The notes below the pieces were generated by a model. The model was not told the origin of the DNA. It ran no database searches and saw only the letters and a program-made list of their open reading frames with translations. The position numbers and the translations under genes were made by a program. A stretch of 63,260 bases of DNA, the filler included, from an uncultured Methanosarcinales archaeon (GTDB lineage: Archaea; Nanobdellota; Nanobdellia; Woesearchaeales; JACPBV01), in NCBI GenBank assembly GCA_964492935.1. It is 4 parts of 4 records of this genome, joined end to end, with 100 filler letters (N's around TTAATTAATTAA, not from the genome) between each part and the next. Parts side by side here need not be neighbours in the genome. Positions count along the whole stretch, not along the records: positions 21,088 to 41,050 come from CAZBLF010000021.1; positions 41,151 to 60,597 come from CAZBLF010000023.1; 2 more parts are not named here. The stretch is one strand, 5' to 3'. Below, piece after piece: positions 37,983 through 49,190 of the stretch (positions are counted from its first letter, which is position 1; each line of letters starts with the position of its first letter).

Positions 37983-38849
37983 CTAACGAGCATTAAAACT
38001 TTCCTGAATAATTCTACGATACGTCTCAGCATTACCCAACACATACGTCTCTACGGCTACCGCAATCACCAACACAATCAAAGCAAAAATAACAAACATG
38101 ATCGTATTCTTTAAGATATGATTAAACCGTTCAGAAAAAGCCTCCTCTCGTAACAACCCCTTGGAAATGATGCCTCCCGCCGTCGCCGCACACACATACG
38201 CAAACGCTTCTAAAATCATGTGCGGAAATACAGTAGCAAACACAATAGAAAAATAGACAATAGGATTATTGGCAGTACTAATCGCTGCTGTTTTAGCTAA
38301 ATTACCAAAGATCGTACCCCACACCGACGCATTCCACACAATTAAGAATATTCCTCCCTCACCAAACACAAAGGCAGTAACAAAACACAAAATCATAACA
38401 CTCAAATTATTCATAAAGATATTCATGAACAAGCCCTGACTAAAGATAGCCTTTCCAGCAGTCCCATATCCATACAACACATTAATCTGATTTTCAAAGA
38501 TATGATTAGTTGCAAGTGACGGCAACATCAATGCAAAAAACGAGAATCCTAATAACACGCCCAAAAACAAAAGAGTATACACCTTAAACGAATTGTGATG
38601 GTCAAAAATAAAAGTGTGCAGATGGAACTCATCATTAACACTCTCCATCTCCTCCTCTTGCCGCAACATCTGGCTCAGCGTCGGATAAATCATCAAAGAA
38701 ATAAAGGCAACGCCAACAATCGCAGGATCTTCTGGAAACAACAAGACTGCAGCCCCAATACCAATAAAAGCATATCCTAATCCAAGAAGAAACGCGTAAA
38801 TGGGCGTTCGCTCAATCAATTCAAGCGGGTACAGTCTTTCCAGCACCAT
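37983..38849 (-). CDS. Stage II sporulation protein M-like membrane protein
   Basis: IF.NNL.V, WNASV.G, PH..LE..AY, AV.VE. Confidence 0.8.
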   Translation of the reverse strand: MVLERLYPLELIERTPIYAFLLGLGYAFIGIGAAVLLFPEDPAIVGVAFISLMIYPTLSQMLRQEEEMESVNDEFHLHTFIFDHHNSFKVYTLLFLGVLLGFSFFALMLPSLATNHIFENQINVLYGYGTAGKAIFSQGLFMNIFMNNLSVMILCFVTAFVFGEGGIFLIVWNASVWGTIFGNLAKTAAISTANNPIVYFSIVFATVFPHMILEAFAYVCAATAGGIISKGLLREEAFSERFNHILKNTIMFVIFALIVLVIAVAVETYVLGNAETYRRIIQESFNAR

Positions 38850-39645
38850 GTTCTAATTCCTCGAATACCTCATCGATATGACTATTGTCCCAGCCCTGCT
38901 GCAGTAATTGCGGCTTAAAGTATTGTTCCAAATGCTGCTTCGTATAGCCTCGTTGCACATACGCCGAAAGATATTGCTTCAGCTGATCCTTCTGTACATT
39001 CACTTTCTTTTTCTTCGAATGTCTAACAACGCCAAATGCCAACATCGGCGAAACAATCATTCCACCAAGAATTGCAAGAAAAACCGTATTCGATATACCG
39101 GGTGCATATTGCTCGCGTACACTTCCTAGAAAACCCTCACTCGAACTCCCTGGAGAAAGTTGCTCAACAGGTGGCTGACTTGCAGCAACAGCCGGTGCAC
39201 TAGCAGCCTGTGCTGCAGCCGGACTTCCAGCTACAGGCACCAACTGAGCGTTCATCAAAGACGAAATGGAAGCTGCTATCTGACTAGCACTACTTCCTGC
39301 AATCACCAATTTATTTCCATTACTCGTATCCACTAATAAAGAATCACCACTCACACCAAGACTCTTGATAATCTTATGTTTCAACGGATTTCCTATCAGT
39401 ACCAATTTATCTTCCGGCAACCCCATATCAGAATCAAGCCTACTTCTACTCATCCCATAATGATCCATAAACGACAATGCAGCTGTTTCTGTCTCACTAT
39501 CGATGGCCTCCTCAAACACCAAGATATATTCGCTTGGATACACCTGTAAATCCCAAAGAAAGTCATTGACAGGCGCCTCGAGCCCACTAACTACGCTTAC
39601 ACATAACAAGACAGCTAATACTATCGACAATCTAGTGTTTTTCAT
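38821..39645 (-). CDS. Secreted membrane-anchored hypothetical protein (S-layer-like N-terminal domain)
   Basis: Signal peptide, LVLIGNP, Ala/Pro linker, TM helix, C-terminal GY...L...GW...I helical motif. Confidence 0.6.
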   Translation of the reverse strand: MKNTRLSIVLAVLLCVSVVSGLEAPVNDFLWDLQVYPSEYILVFEEAIDSETETAALSFMDHYGMSRSRLDSDMGLPEDKLVLIGNPLKHKIIKSLGVSGDSLLVDTSNGNKLVIAGSSASQIAASISSLMNAQLVPVAGSPAAAQAASAPAVAASQPPVEQLSPGSSSEGFLGSVREQYAPGISNTVFLAILGGMIVSPMLAFGVVRHSKKKKVNVQKDQLKQYLSAYVQRGYTKQHLEQYFKPQLLQQGWDNSHIDEVFEELEHGAGKTVPA

Positions 39646-39726
39646 ATGTAAGCCAATTATTGAAAAAGAAGTTTAAAAAAGTATTGTTTTTAAGATAATA
39701 TGTGAGAAAAAGAGGACAGCCTACAG

Positions 39727-40047
39727 CTAATCCTCTTCCTCACCAAAATCCTCAGAATCCTCGATCTCTTCGACCGGTTCAGGAGCGACTTCTGGGCTTT
39801 TACTCTGCCCTTCTTGCGGTGCAGCCTTTCCTACAACCTCGGCAAAGCCTACTTTCTGCAAGACACGAGTAATCTTAACCTTAACCGTTTCGCCTGCCTG
39901 TGTATTAGGCACAAACAGCACAAATCCATCCTTTTTAGCTAATCCGTCGCCCTTCTCGCCGACAGCCTCGATAGTAACATCAATTTCATCTCCCACTTTT
40001 ACGGGGGCAGCAAATCCACTTCCACTGGGTCTGTATTCATCATCCAT
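39727..40047 (-). CDS. Single TRAM-domain RNA-binding protein
   Basis: PVKVGD...V.IE.VG.KGDG.AK..GFV.FVP....GE.V.VKI. Confidence 0.92.
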   Translation of the reverse strand: MDDEYRPSGSGFAAPVKVGDEIDVTIEAVGEKGDGLAKKDGFVLFVPNTQAGETVKVKITRVLQKVGFAEVVGKAAPQEGQSKSPEVAPEPVEEIEDSEDFGEEED

Positions 40048-40297
40048 ATCTCTTCACCTATCTATGTATATGCCTTTCAACAGGCAATGCAATGACAGTA
40101 AGGAGTATAATTTCCTTTTTAAATGTATAGCAACGGTGCAAATAATCGGAGATGGGTACACCGTGGTTATGATAGAAAACAAAGTTTTCTAGCACGCCAG
40201 AAACTTCGTTTCTGAGCATATACAGAAGTGATAACAATTTGTCCGAGAATTTATCACTTCTACTATAAGTATAAAAAAGAAAGAAAAAAAGAGGACG

Positions 40298-41050
40298 TTA
40301 GACGTCCTTGATAGCCTCAGTGGTAATGACAAATGCACATTCACCATCCTTTAGATTGGGACTATCCACTAATTTCGCAACCCGTGTTCCTTTTTTACCG
40401 CGTCTCAGGTAAATTCGAAAGGTAGAGTTGTGTGCAACAATGTTCCCCCCAATAGCTTCCGTGGGATCACCAAAGAACATATCTGGTTTTGCCATGACTT
40501 GATTTGTCACATACGCAACCAAATTGTGCATGACCGCAACCTTACTCAATACGTGCATGTGTTTGTTCAATTTCTGCTGTCTATCTGCTAGCGTTCCACG
40601 CCCAACAAATTCAGCTCTGAAATGCGCAGTCAAACTATCAACAATCACCAGCTTCACATCAAGATTCTGTTTCTTGATCAAATCCTCAACCTTTTCAGCA
40701 AGCAGCATCTGATGGTCCGAGTTATAAGCACGAGCAACCTTAATATGTTTTAACACATCATCCGGATCCATACCTGCACCCTCTGCAAACTGAATAATAC
40801 GCTCCGGTCTAAACGTATTCTCCGTATCGATATACACCGCATAACTGCCCGGAAACTGCTTCTGTACATTCACACACAGCTGATGTGCAATCTGCGTCTT
40901 ACTACTGCCATACTGACCATAACATTCCGTAATTGCGCCCGACTCAAATCCGCCAGCCATCAATTCATCAAAAGCCTCACACCCAAGTGAAATCCTAATA
41001 ATCTGTTCACGTTTCCGCAACAAATCATCTCCTGATTCGAAGCCCATCTC
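40298..41050 (-). CDS. radA: DNA repair and recombination protein RadA, 5'-truncated at contig join
   Basis: YIDTENTFRPERI, ARAYNSDHQ, DSLTAHFRAEFVGRG.LA.RQQ, LVDSP. Confidence 0.95.
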   Translation of the reverse strand, partial: EMGFESGDDLLRKREQIIRISLGCEAFDELMAGGFESGAITECYGQYGSSKTQIAHQLCVNVQKQFPGSYAVYIDTENTFRPERIIQFAEGAGMDPDDVLKHIKVARAYNSDHQMLLAEKVEDLIKKQNLDVKLVIVDSLTAHFRAEFVGRGTLADRQQKLNKHMHVLSKVAVMHNLVAYVTNQVMAKPDMFFGDPTEAIGGNIVAHNSTFRIYLRRGKKGTRVAKLVDSPNLKDGECAFVITTEAIKDV

Positions 41051-41150
41051 NNNNNNNNNNNNNNNNNNNNNNNNNNNNNNNNNNNNNNNNNNNNTTAATT
41101 AATTAANNNNNNNNNNNNNNNNNNNNNNNNNNNNNNNNNNNNNNNNNNNN
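41051..41150. other. Artificial contig-join spacer
   Basis: 100 nt of N containing TTAATTAATTAA. Confidence 0.95.
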
Positions 41151-41151
41151 A

Positions 41152-41370
41152 CTAAACGAGTTACAAAAATTAGTAGAAGGAATTAAAGTACTTCGCTCAA
41201 CCGAATTAGTCATGGTAGCATACGAGAAGGGACTTCTAGACAAATTCAAACTAAAGATAGACAAACCTCGAGAGACACTTCTTTCCGCATTACTCTGGGC
41301 CCTAAAACTCCAAGGAGCAGCTATTTCTGACCAAGAGATTAATGAAGTGATTAGGATAGAGACGAAGTAA
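41152..41370 (+). CDS. C-terminal fragment of a conserved archaeal protein, 5'-truncated
   Basis: Manual translation ...IKVLRSTELVMVAYEKGLLD...LLSALLWALKLQGAAISDQEI...; host-like codon usage. Confidence 0.65.
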   Translation, partial: LNELQKLVEGIKVLRSTELVMVAYEKGLLDKFKLKIDKPRETLLSALLWALKLQGAAISDQEINEVIRIETK

Positions 41371-43273
41371 TCAAGATTCTTGTTTCTCCCAATAACGATT
41401 CCAAGCAAGCAGTTTGGATTTGTAGCGTTTAAATAGATCAGGCACCCGCTCCTGCGTCAATGCGATTAATCGTTTTCGAATACCCTCCGGTTTTCCGTAT
41501 TGGATCCTAGATTCTTCCCAAGATGTTTTTTCAAGGTCTCTCCACAGAGAATTATCATGCAGAACAGACACCCCTCCAAACTCTCGACAAAGTGCGCCCC
41601 AGGGTAAATTTCCTTTTCCGGAAGCCCAATCATATTTACTCAAATCCCTCTACAAGAAAAATCCTTTCTCAATGATGGTGTTCATAATGCGACACCGAAA
41701 AAGTGAAGATGTTTCAGTTTTCTTTTTACGAAGAATTATGCAGCTATCGGGAAAACGCACATATCCGACAAAAATAACATCAACGACCATCCCCCCATAG
41801 AAGGTATCTCGATTAATTCGAATAGCATCTTGAAATGGGACAAGAATCGCTACATCCGCGTCTTCCCAGTCTCCTCCACTGTGCCCGCCAACTACTCCAT
41901 TTAGAGCGAAATGGGTTGTCGGTCTGATAGCGTTCGAAAACATTATTTTATATTTTCCTCCCGTAGACGAAAGATAACGGGACAGATACCGAGATCGCTC
42001 CATTCGAACCAATACCAAATCCGATGCTTCAAATCGGCTCTCCCATTCAGGTGCACGGGAAAGTTGAGTTAACAATTTGAATTCCGACTCACACAAACCA
42101 GTTAAGGTCGGATGGTCAAAAGTATCCAGAGTTATTCCATGTTTCGCCACAAGCATGGCTAAAACGTCTGATGTAAGCGAGTACTGATCGTGTAAATATT
42201 GAATTGCCCACCTTACCTCTAGTAGCCGATCCTTATACTTCTTAAGCTGATTGAAGGTGAAGGCGGGAAGACCCCCCATAGATACGATTATCTCTGGACC
42301 ATGATCTCCTTTCGAAAAGGGAATAATAAATTTGAAATATTCTCCAATTTCACTGGGCTTGAGCTGAACAATGTCTTTTTCTATCAAAAAGAGTGTGATG
42401 TCGGGAAAACTTGATATCTTATCCGGACCACAGCCAATTTCAGGAAAGACAATCCGGTTCAGGGCAGGAACAATGTTTTTTGCCCATTTGCGAAAATTGT
42501 CCACCTCTAGTCTACCACTTTTGAAGAGAGCCTGAAGTATGCTCTTTGCATAGTAAACTAGATTATCAATTTTTGAACCAGGGAATTCCTTGTGGCATAG
42601 CTCAAATAAGTAATCTATCAATTCAAAGTGAGACATCAAAAAATTTCTAAATTCGTCAGAGGTATCCCATCCTAATTGGTCACTTTTTTCTTGATAGCCA
42701 GTATCAGCAGATTGAGTAAGCGAGCGAAGGTGCAGCAACTGATCCTTTTCCAATCCAATCACTGGAGCCTCCTTGCGGACAAGCTTTAATAATTGGTCAC
42801 AATGCTGCCGAAAATCGATAACTTTTTCTGGCTAATTGCTCCGAAATAATCGCGACATACTGCCGAATACTTTTCCTGGCCGTTCTGAGGCAACCATCTA
42901 CCACATCATTTCTGACTGAAGCATCACGCGGTGTAGCAAGGATATTCTTTATTTCCTCCGCAGCACTCAAAAGTCTTTCCCGATAGCTATCGATGGCATC
43001 GCGGTCTTCAATATCTAATCTGTGAAACTCATGTATCCAGCCTTTCAGTTTTTTAAATTTCGCAGCGTCCCATCCTGCTATAAAATCCCTCAAGATGTCC
43101 ATCTTCCCATGGTAATTTTTTTCCAACTCCGATAATTCATCAAGCAATTTACTAAGAGAATAACTAATCTTTTGAATGGACTTCCCCGATTTCTTGACTA
43201 TGGAGCAAAACGACATACCGCAATGGTGGCATACGAGATATATAAGTATTTCCGTTCCAGGGAGGATGGCCAA
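41371..43273 (-). pseudogene. Probable single large hypothetical gene broken by a frameshift (~42830) and an in-frame TAG (41650-41652)
   Basis: The 41650-42762 frame stays open to 42831, overlapping the upstream ORF; 41371-41643 is in frame after TAG-AGG-GAT. Confidence 0.55.
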
Positions 43274-43341
43274 GATCTATCATCAGACGAAGTAAACTAA
43301 ACCATCTAAATCTTTAAATAACTTCTAGAGTTACCCAAACC

Positions 43342-44853
43342 ATGAAAGGGTTAGTCATTGGGGGAGAATTCGGAAAGATTCTTGCCAGACAAAAATCGAG
43401 TGAACCGATTGAGCTAGGAGAACTCCTCGTAGCAGAATCCGCAGATGCAAAAATTCTCTTACAAGCAATAGGTCTAGAGTTCGGCTCCCAAATCTCACAG
43501 CAAAATCTAGAGCTTATTTCAGGAATGCAATTAGAAGAAGACGAAAAGGCCGAGTTCATCGATCCAGAACTCAGAAATTACAATATCGCCATCCTCAAGA
43601 ACCTAATCACCTTCCAAGGAGAGCAAGCAAGAATAGCAAAACAACTCCCCACCTTTTTCTCCCCCATCAGAACCATCACCAAAGAGGACATCACTTTCCT
43701 AACACAACCAAAAAACCCATTAAAACTAGGAGTGCTCCGCTCAGGATCAAAAACACTAGATGTTCCTATATACTTGGATGGCAAAGAAGCCTTTTCACAT
43801 CACATCTTAATTCCAGCAACCACTGGCAAAGGTAAGAGCAACCTCCTAAAAACAATGCTCTGGGACTGCATCGACAAAGACTATTGCGGCATGTTAGTCT
43901 TAGACCCCCACGACGAGTACTACGGACGTAACAAACCAGGATTAAAAGACCATCCCAGCAAGAACATCGTCTACTACACTCCACAAAATCCACCACCTGG
44001 TGCAAAAACACTCAAAATCCAACTTAACAAAGTAAAACCAAGACATTTCAATGGTGTAGCCGACTGGTCAGATCCACAACGAGAAGCACTGCAAGCATAC
44101 TACCAAGAATACCAAAACGACTGGATAGAAGCCATTGTATTAAATAAGCCCCTCCAAAACTTCCACGAAGGAACGCTAGGAGTGGTAAAAAGACGCATCA
44201 CCCAACTCCTACACATCAACTTCAATGCAGGACAACTCATCTGTTCAGGAGTGTTCGATCTATCCGCAGGCGAAACAACCATCTCCGACATCGGAAACGA
44301 GCTAGAGCAAGGAAAAACAGTCATCATCGACACATCCTCCTTTGAAGGTAGCATCGAAATCCTTATCGGATCACTACTAGCAACAGAAATATTTAACCGC
44401 TACAAACGCTACAAAGCATCTGGAGAACTACAAAATAAACCAGTACTTTCCATAGTCCTAGAAGAAGCACCGAGAGTATTAGGAAAAGAAGTCCTAGAAA
44501 AAGGCCCCAACATCTTCTCAACCATCGCTAGAGAAGGAAGAAAATTCCAGATAGGCCTTACAGCAATCACCCAACTCCCATCCCTCATCCCAAGACAAAT
44601 CCTAGCGAATATGAATACAAAAATAATTCTCGGAACAGAGATGAAACCAGAACGTGAAGCAATCATCCAGAGTGCAGCTCAAGATTTGAGTGAAGACGAC
44701 CGCACCATTGCTTCGCTAGATCGAGGAGAAGCCATCATCTCCTCCAATTTCGCAAAGTTCGCAACGCCCATTAAAATTCCTCTCTTCGAAGATCTCGTAA
44801 AAGCATCACCTACAAAACCAAAAACCGATTTCGGAGGATCCACCTTAAGATGA
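43342..44853 (+). CDS. herA: HerA/DUF87 ATPase-helicase
   Basis: [34 protein letters not shown]. Confidence 0.9.
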   Translation: MKGLVIGGEFGKILARQKSSEPIELGELLVAESADAKILLQAIGLEFGSQISQQNLELISGMQLEEDEKAEFIDPELRNYNIAILKNLITFQGEQARIAKQLPTFFSPIRTITKEDITFLTQPKNPLKLGVLRSGSKTLDVPIYLDGKEAFSHHILIPATTGKGKSNLLKTMLWDCIDKDYCGMLVLDPHDEYYGRNKPGLKDHPSKNIVYYTPQNPPPGAKTLKIQLNKVKPRHFNGVADWSDPQREALQAYYQEYQNDWIEAIVLNKPLQNFHEGTLGVVKRRITQLLHINFNAGQLICSGVFDLSAGETTISDIGNELEQGKTVIIDTSSFEGSIEILIGSLLATEIFNRYKRYKASGELQNKPVLSIVLEEAPRVLGKEVLEKGPNIFSTIAREGRKFQIGLTAITQLPSLIPRQILANMNTKIILGTEMKPEREAIIQSAAQDLSEDDRTIASLDRGEAIISSNFAKFATPIKIPLFEDLVKASPTKPKTDFGGSTLR

Positions 44854-46058
44854 AGTTCGCCCACATGGCAGACTGTCACCTCGGAGGCTGGCGCGACGAC
44901 AAGCTAACCGAATTAGGCCAGAAATCTTTTGAAAAAGCCATCGATATCTGTATCGAAAAGAAGGTAGACTTCGTCATCATTGCAGGAGATCTCTTCAATA
45001 CCGCAATACCTCCGATAGACTCAACAAAACATTGCGTCAACCACCTAAAGCGATTACAAAACGAAAACATTCCAGTCTATTGCATCGCTGGATCGCATGA
45101 CTTTTCACCATCAGGCAAAACCATGCTTGACGTCCTAGAGGGTGCAGGATTATTAATCAACGTCGGCAAAGGCCAAGAACTAGATGGACACTTAGTGCTT
45201 GATTTCACAACAGATGAAAAAACCGGAGTAAAACTCACAGGAATCCCTGGAAAACGAGCAGGACTGGACAAAACCTACTACGAACAACTCGACAGAGCAT
45301 TAGAACAAGAGCCCGGCTACAAAATCTTCCTCTTTCACTGCGTCATAGACGAATTAAAAACGAAAAAGTTCGAAAAAGTCGACGGCATAGCAACATCCCT
45401 AATGCCAAAAAACTTCGATTACTATGCAGGCGGCCACGTCCATATTGTCAAGCAACAGTCTATCGAAGGCTACAAGCAAGTAGTCTATCCCGGTCCGTTA
45501 TTCCCGAACAATTTTTCCGAATTAGAGGAACTCAAGCAAGGAGGATTCTATATTGTAGAAGATGACCAACTAGAATTCCAACCGGTGCAGATAAAGAAGG
45601 TCGAATCGCTGGAAATAGATGCAACCAACAAAGCTCCCGAAGCAATCACCCAACAAGTCAAAGAGCTCATCGCAAATAACGACTACGCAAATGCCATCGT
45701 CACCATCCGCATCGCAGGCACACTTAAATCCGGAAAACCATCCGACATCGATCTCAGAAAGATCTACGAAGAACTCTACGCTCAACACGCATATATGGTC
45801 ATGAAAAACACCAACGCCGTCAAAACAAAGGACTACGAAGAGATTAAGATCGAGGCACATTCAATAGAATCCGTCGAAGACAATCTCATTAAGCAACACA
45901 CCTCACAAAGTAATTTAAAGGCCATTCCTCCCGAGCAACTAGGCGATTTCACCCGCAGCCTAATGCAGGTACTACAAACCGAAAAGCAAGAAGGAGAGAG
46001 GGTAAATGACTTCGAAGTGCGCGTCAAAGGCGAAATGGATAAAACTATTCGGCTGTAG
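44850..46058 (+). CDS. mre11: Mre11/SbcD nuclease
   Basis: ADCHLG, AGDLF, GSHD, FH, GGHVH, YPG. Confidence 0.92.
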   Translation: MKFAHMADCHLGGWRDDKLTELGQKSFEKAIDICIEKKVDFVIIAGDLFNTAIPPIDSTKHCVNHLKRLQNENIPVYCIAGSHDFSPSGKTMLDVLEGAGLLINVGKGQELDGHLVLDFTTDEKTGVKLTGIPGKRAGLDKTYYEQLDRALEQEPGYKIFLFHCVIDELKTKKFEKVDGIATSLMPKNFDYYAGGHVHIVKQQSIEGYKQVVYPGPLFPNNFSELEELKQGGFYIVEDDQLEFQPVQIKKVESLEIDATNKAPEAITQQVKELIANNDYANAIVTIRIAGTLKSGKPSDIDLRKIYEELYAQHAYMVMKNTNAVKTKDYEEIKIEAHSIESVEDNLIKQHTSQSNLKAIPPEQLGDFTRSLMQVLQTEKQEGERVNDFEVRVKGEMDKTIRL

Positions 46059-46998
46059 TCTTCTTTTGTTAATCATCGCCTGCACCCCATCACCAACCGG
46101 CAACACCATAGCTCTACCTCAAGAGCAAACGCAACCGATTGAAGTCTATTTCTGCCCACAAGACGATTGCGAACAAGTCCTAGTCAACACGCTATCAACC
46201 TCCCAAAAATCAATACACTGCGCCTTCTTCGATCTTGACCTCAAGTCCGTAGAGACCATATTGGGAGAGAAAAGCGCAACTCAGGACGTCAAACTGGTAG
46301 TAGATGAAACCAACAAGATAACCATCCGGGGCCCCGGCGTGCGTAAAGACACGACCTCCCAGTACAGCCACAACAAGTTCTGTATTATTGACGATCACCT
46401 ACTTATTACCGGATCCATGAATCCTACCGTAAATGGCGCAACCAAAAACAACAACAACCTCCTTATCATCGAATCAAAGCTCCTCTCCATCAACTACGAG
46501 GAAGAATTCCAAGAACTCTGGGCAGGAGAATTCGGTTCTGGAAAGAGAGTAACCCATCCAAAAATAACGCTCAACAACAAACTCATGGAAAATTACTTCT
46601 GCCCCGAAGATGACTGCGCCAAACACATCATCAACCACCTCAAGCAAGCTCGCAACACAATACATTTCATGACCTTCTCTTTTACACATGAAGGCATTGC
46701 AGACGCCATGCTCTTCACTAAAGCAGAAGTAAAAGGCATCTTCGAAAACCGAGGCGCAGAAGGCAAATATTCTCAACTTCCAAGACTCAGAGATTTCGGA
46801 ATCAATGTAACGAAAGACACCAATCCCGCAACCATGCACCATAAAGTGTTTATCATCGACAGCAAAATAGTAATAACAGGCTCCATGAATCCATCAAATT
46901 CAGGCAACACCCGAAATGATGAGAACGTCCTCATTATACATGACAAAACAATAGCAAGAGCGTTTCTGAAAGAATTCAACAGCTTAAGGAATAAATAG
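46006..46998 (+). CDS. Phospholipase D superfamily lipoprotein with two HKD motifs
   Basis: LLIIAC lipobox-like motif; HNKFCIID..GSMN and HHKVFIID..GSMN. Confidence 0.88.
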   Translation: MTSKCASKAKWIKLFGCSLLLLIIACTPSPTGNTIALPQEQTQPIEVYFCPQDDCEQVLVNTLSTSQKSIHCAFFDLDLKSVETILGEKSATQDVKLVVDETNKITIRGPGVRKDTTSQYSHNKFCIIDDHLLITGSMNPTVNGATKNNNNLLIIESKLLSINYEEEFQELWAGEFGSGKRVTHPKITLNNKLMENYFCPEDDCAKHIINHLKQARNTIHFMTFSFTHEGIADAMLFTKAEVKGIFENRGAEGKYSQLPRLRDFGINVTKDTNPATMHHKVFIIDSKIVITGSMNPSNSGNTRNDENVLIIHDKTIARAFLKEFNSLRNK

Positions 46999-47039
46999 CA
47001 CCGATTCCAAACAGCTAGCTTTTTAACTGCACCTACAAC

Positions 47040-48359
47040 TTGCTGTGCATGCCAATTGAAAGGATATATCACTATTCTCCCCTTAGTCCACTTCATGACT
47101 CATTCTTCGGAGAGCTTTTCGTGATGAGAGATCTTGCCCGGGGAGCTAAGCTACATTCCTCTGAAAATCAAGCATCTCTAGTAGGATATGATCAAGAGTT
47201 CAGTTCATCTTCAGGGGCGCAAGCAGAACTCGCCGCATTGAGAAAATCTTATTTCGATGAAATCGTTCCACCTCACCGTTTTGAAAAAACCTTGTCCCAA
47301 GAGACCCAACTAGCAGAGAACAGGAGTGTAATCTATCACTTCATGAAGGAAGGTGTTGCAGCAATTGAGACGAAAAAGGCACATCCAGACATACCTCAAG
47401 CACTGTATCTACATTGTTGTCGCGAAGATTACACATCTGCTACACTCAAAGAGATACAAAATGCACAGGATGAAGATCCAAGCTCAATCGATGCATTCAT
47501 TGCTGTAAGCGAACATGTAGCAGCATCATTTCGACCTATTTTCGGAGAAAAAGTACACGCCGTAATCAATGGAATAGACACGGATCTCTACACGATCCTC
47601 CCACAGGAAGAATTCCTAAAAAAGCGAGCACAACTAGGGCTAGATCCTGAAGACAATGTAGCGCTATATATTGGAAGGCCAAGCAACATCAAGGGCAGAG
47701 AGGTGCTGATGTATATGCTATCCAGATACGAACAAGAAAATGATCCAAACATTAAATTTGTATTCGCACTTTCTGGAAGCGAAAAGGAAAAACTACTTTT
47801 TGCAAATTGCATAGAAGAGTTAGCACCTCAGCTAGTAGGAGAAGGAAAAGTAAAAGTAGTTCTGGATATCTCCAAACATACGATGGGGGCAAGTAACCCT
47901 ACACTAGAAAATCACTTTCTGGAACAAACCCCTTGGAGATTGAGAAACGCGCCCTATTTCGCAGGAGTAACCACTTTTCCAATCCACCAGATTGCAGATG
48001 TTACGCTTATTCCCTCACTTAGGGAAGCACTGTCCCTTTCTCAAATAGAGGCTTTCGCATGTGGACAGCATGTAGTAGCAATAGACTCCGGCGGAGTGAG
48101 CGAGGTTGCATCAAAAGACCCCTATAGCCGACTTATCTCAGTAGATACCCCCGTACTCTTAAATGAGAGCGCCCCTAGAAGATATGATGCTTTAGAGGAT
48201 GCAGGTGAGCAATTCTGTCTAGGCATTGACGAGATACTTGCCATGAATAATACTGCAGAAGTAAGGCAACAAACAAGGAAGATGGTGCAAGAGAATGGCT
48301 TCACCTCAGAGGGGATGGCCCGCAAAGTAATCCAAATCATGGAGCAAATAAGGAGCTAA
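47040..48359 (+). CDS. Family 4 (GT-B) glycosyltransferase
   Basis: IAVS, VINGID, YIGR...KG, PSLREALSLSQIEAFACG...GGVSE; start uncertain. Confidence 0.85.
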   Translation: MLCMPIERIYHYSPLSPLHDSFFGELFVMRDLARGAKLHSSENQASLVGYDQEFSSSSGAQAELAALRKSYFDEIVPPHRFEKTLSQETQLAENRSVIYHFMKEGVAAIETKKAHPDIPQALYLHCCREDYTSATLKEIQNAQDEDPSSIDAFIAVSEHVAASFRPIFGEKVHAVINGIDTDLYTILPQEEFLKKRAQLGLDPEDNVALYIGRPSNIKGREVLMYMLSRYEQENDPNIKFVFALSGSEKEKLLFANCIEELAPQLVGEGKVKVVLDISKHTMGASNPTLENHFLEQTPWRLRNAPYFAGVTTFPIHQIADVTLIPSLREALSLSQIEAFACGQHVVAIDSGGVSEVASKDPYSRLISVDTPVLLNESAPRRYDALEDAGEQFCLGIDEILAMNNTAEVRQQTRKMVQENGFTSEGMARKVIQIMEQIRS

Positions 48360-48459
48360 TCCCTTGAACTACATCTTGATAAACGCTCATCCCATCCGAT
48401 CTCCAAACATCCTATCCAACAAAAAGGGAATCCTCCCTATATAAACTTTTCCCTAGTAT

Positions 48460-48593
48460 GTATGTGCATAGCACCTTCGAAATTCTTGCTCTTGACTTCT
48501 GAAGGTGCTGCGTCCCCGGATGGGGCAACCCCGCGCAACGCACTTAATTCTGAGGTATCAATGAATTTCGACCTGGTGATGCTATGCACATAC
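48460..48593. mobile_element. MITE family 1, copy 3 (8-bp TSD CCTAGTAT)
   Basis: Matches copies 1 and 2, with its own flanking duplication. Confidence 0.93.
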
Positions 48594-48779
48594 CCTAGTA
48601 TGAACTATTAATGCATACTAAAACAAGTATCAATCCATACTATATGAACTATTAGTCCATATAACAAGAGTTATCCGACAGAGAAATGGAATGCAAAGTA
48701 ACTAACTTTAGCTCCAATACATCAAAGCAGCCAGAGACACATTGAAAAATTATTTATAGCCCAAAGAAACAAAGCAAGC

Positions 48780-49190
48780 ATGAACTACACCTTCCAAGCA
48801 CGAGGACATAAAAACGTCCTAAGCCACCACAAAACAACCTTCGAATTCACCAAAGACGAAGAAATCGGAATTGAAGCTGACTGTATCATAGGAGTTAAAG
48901 CAAATTTCGAACACAACAAACTCAAAGACTTCATCAACTATTGCAGAACCAACAATAAAGACCTAGTAAGAATCACCATAAAGGCAGACAATATAACCGA
49001 AGACATCCGCTGCCATCTCAACATGCATTTCGACGATGAAAGAGAAATAGTAATAAGAACAAGCAAATTCCTCAGCAAGAGAACCTTCGGAATATTAGCA
49101 AATAAAGCAAGCAGACATCTCAAGCAAGAACTCAGAGACAAAATGAACGATCCCAATCAAATCATTACCGTCTCAATCACTAACCTGTAA
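48780..49190 (+). CDS. DUF371 family protein
   Basis: ARGH.NV...H.TTFEFTKD....ADCIIGV, IVIR.S. Confidence 0.9.
   Translation: MNYTFQARGHKNVLSHHKTTFEFTKDEEIGIEADCIIGVKANFEHNKLKDFINYCRTNNKDLVRITIKADNITEDIRCHLNMHFDDEREIVIRTSKFLSKRTFGILANKASRHLKQELRDKMNDPNQIITVSITNL

Noticed and set aside
20781..48593. CRISPR array
   Set aside because: The repeats are dispersed 134-bp elements with TIRs and TSDs; there is no repeat-spacer periodicity and no cas gene in the window
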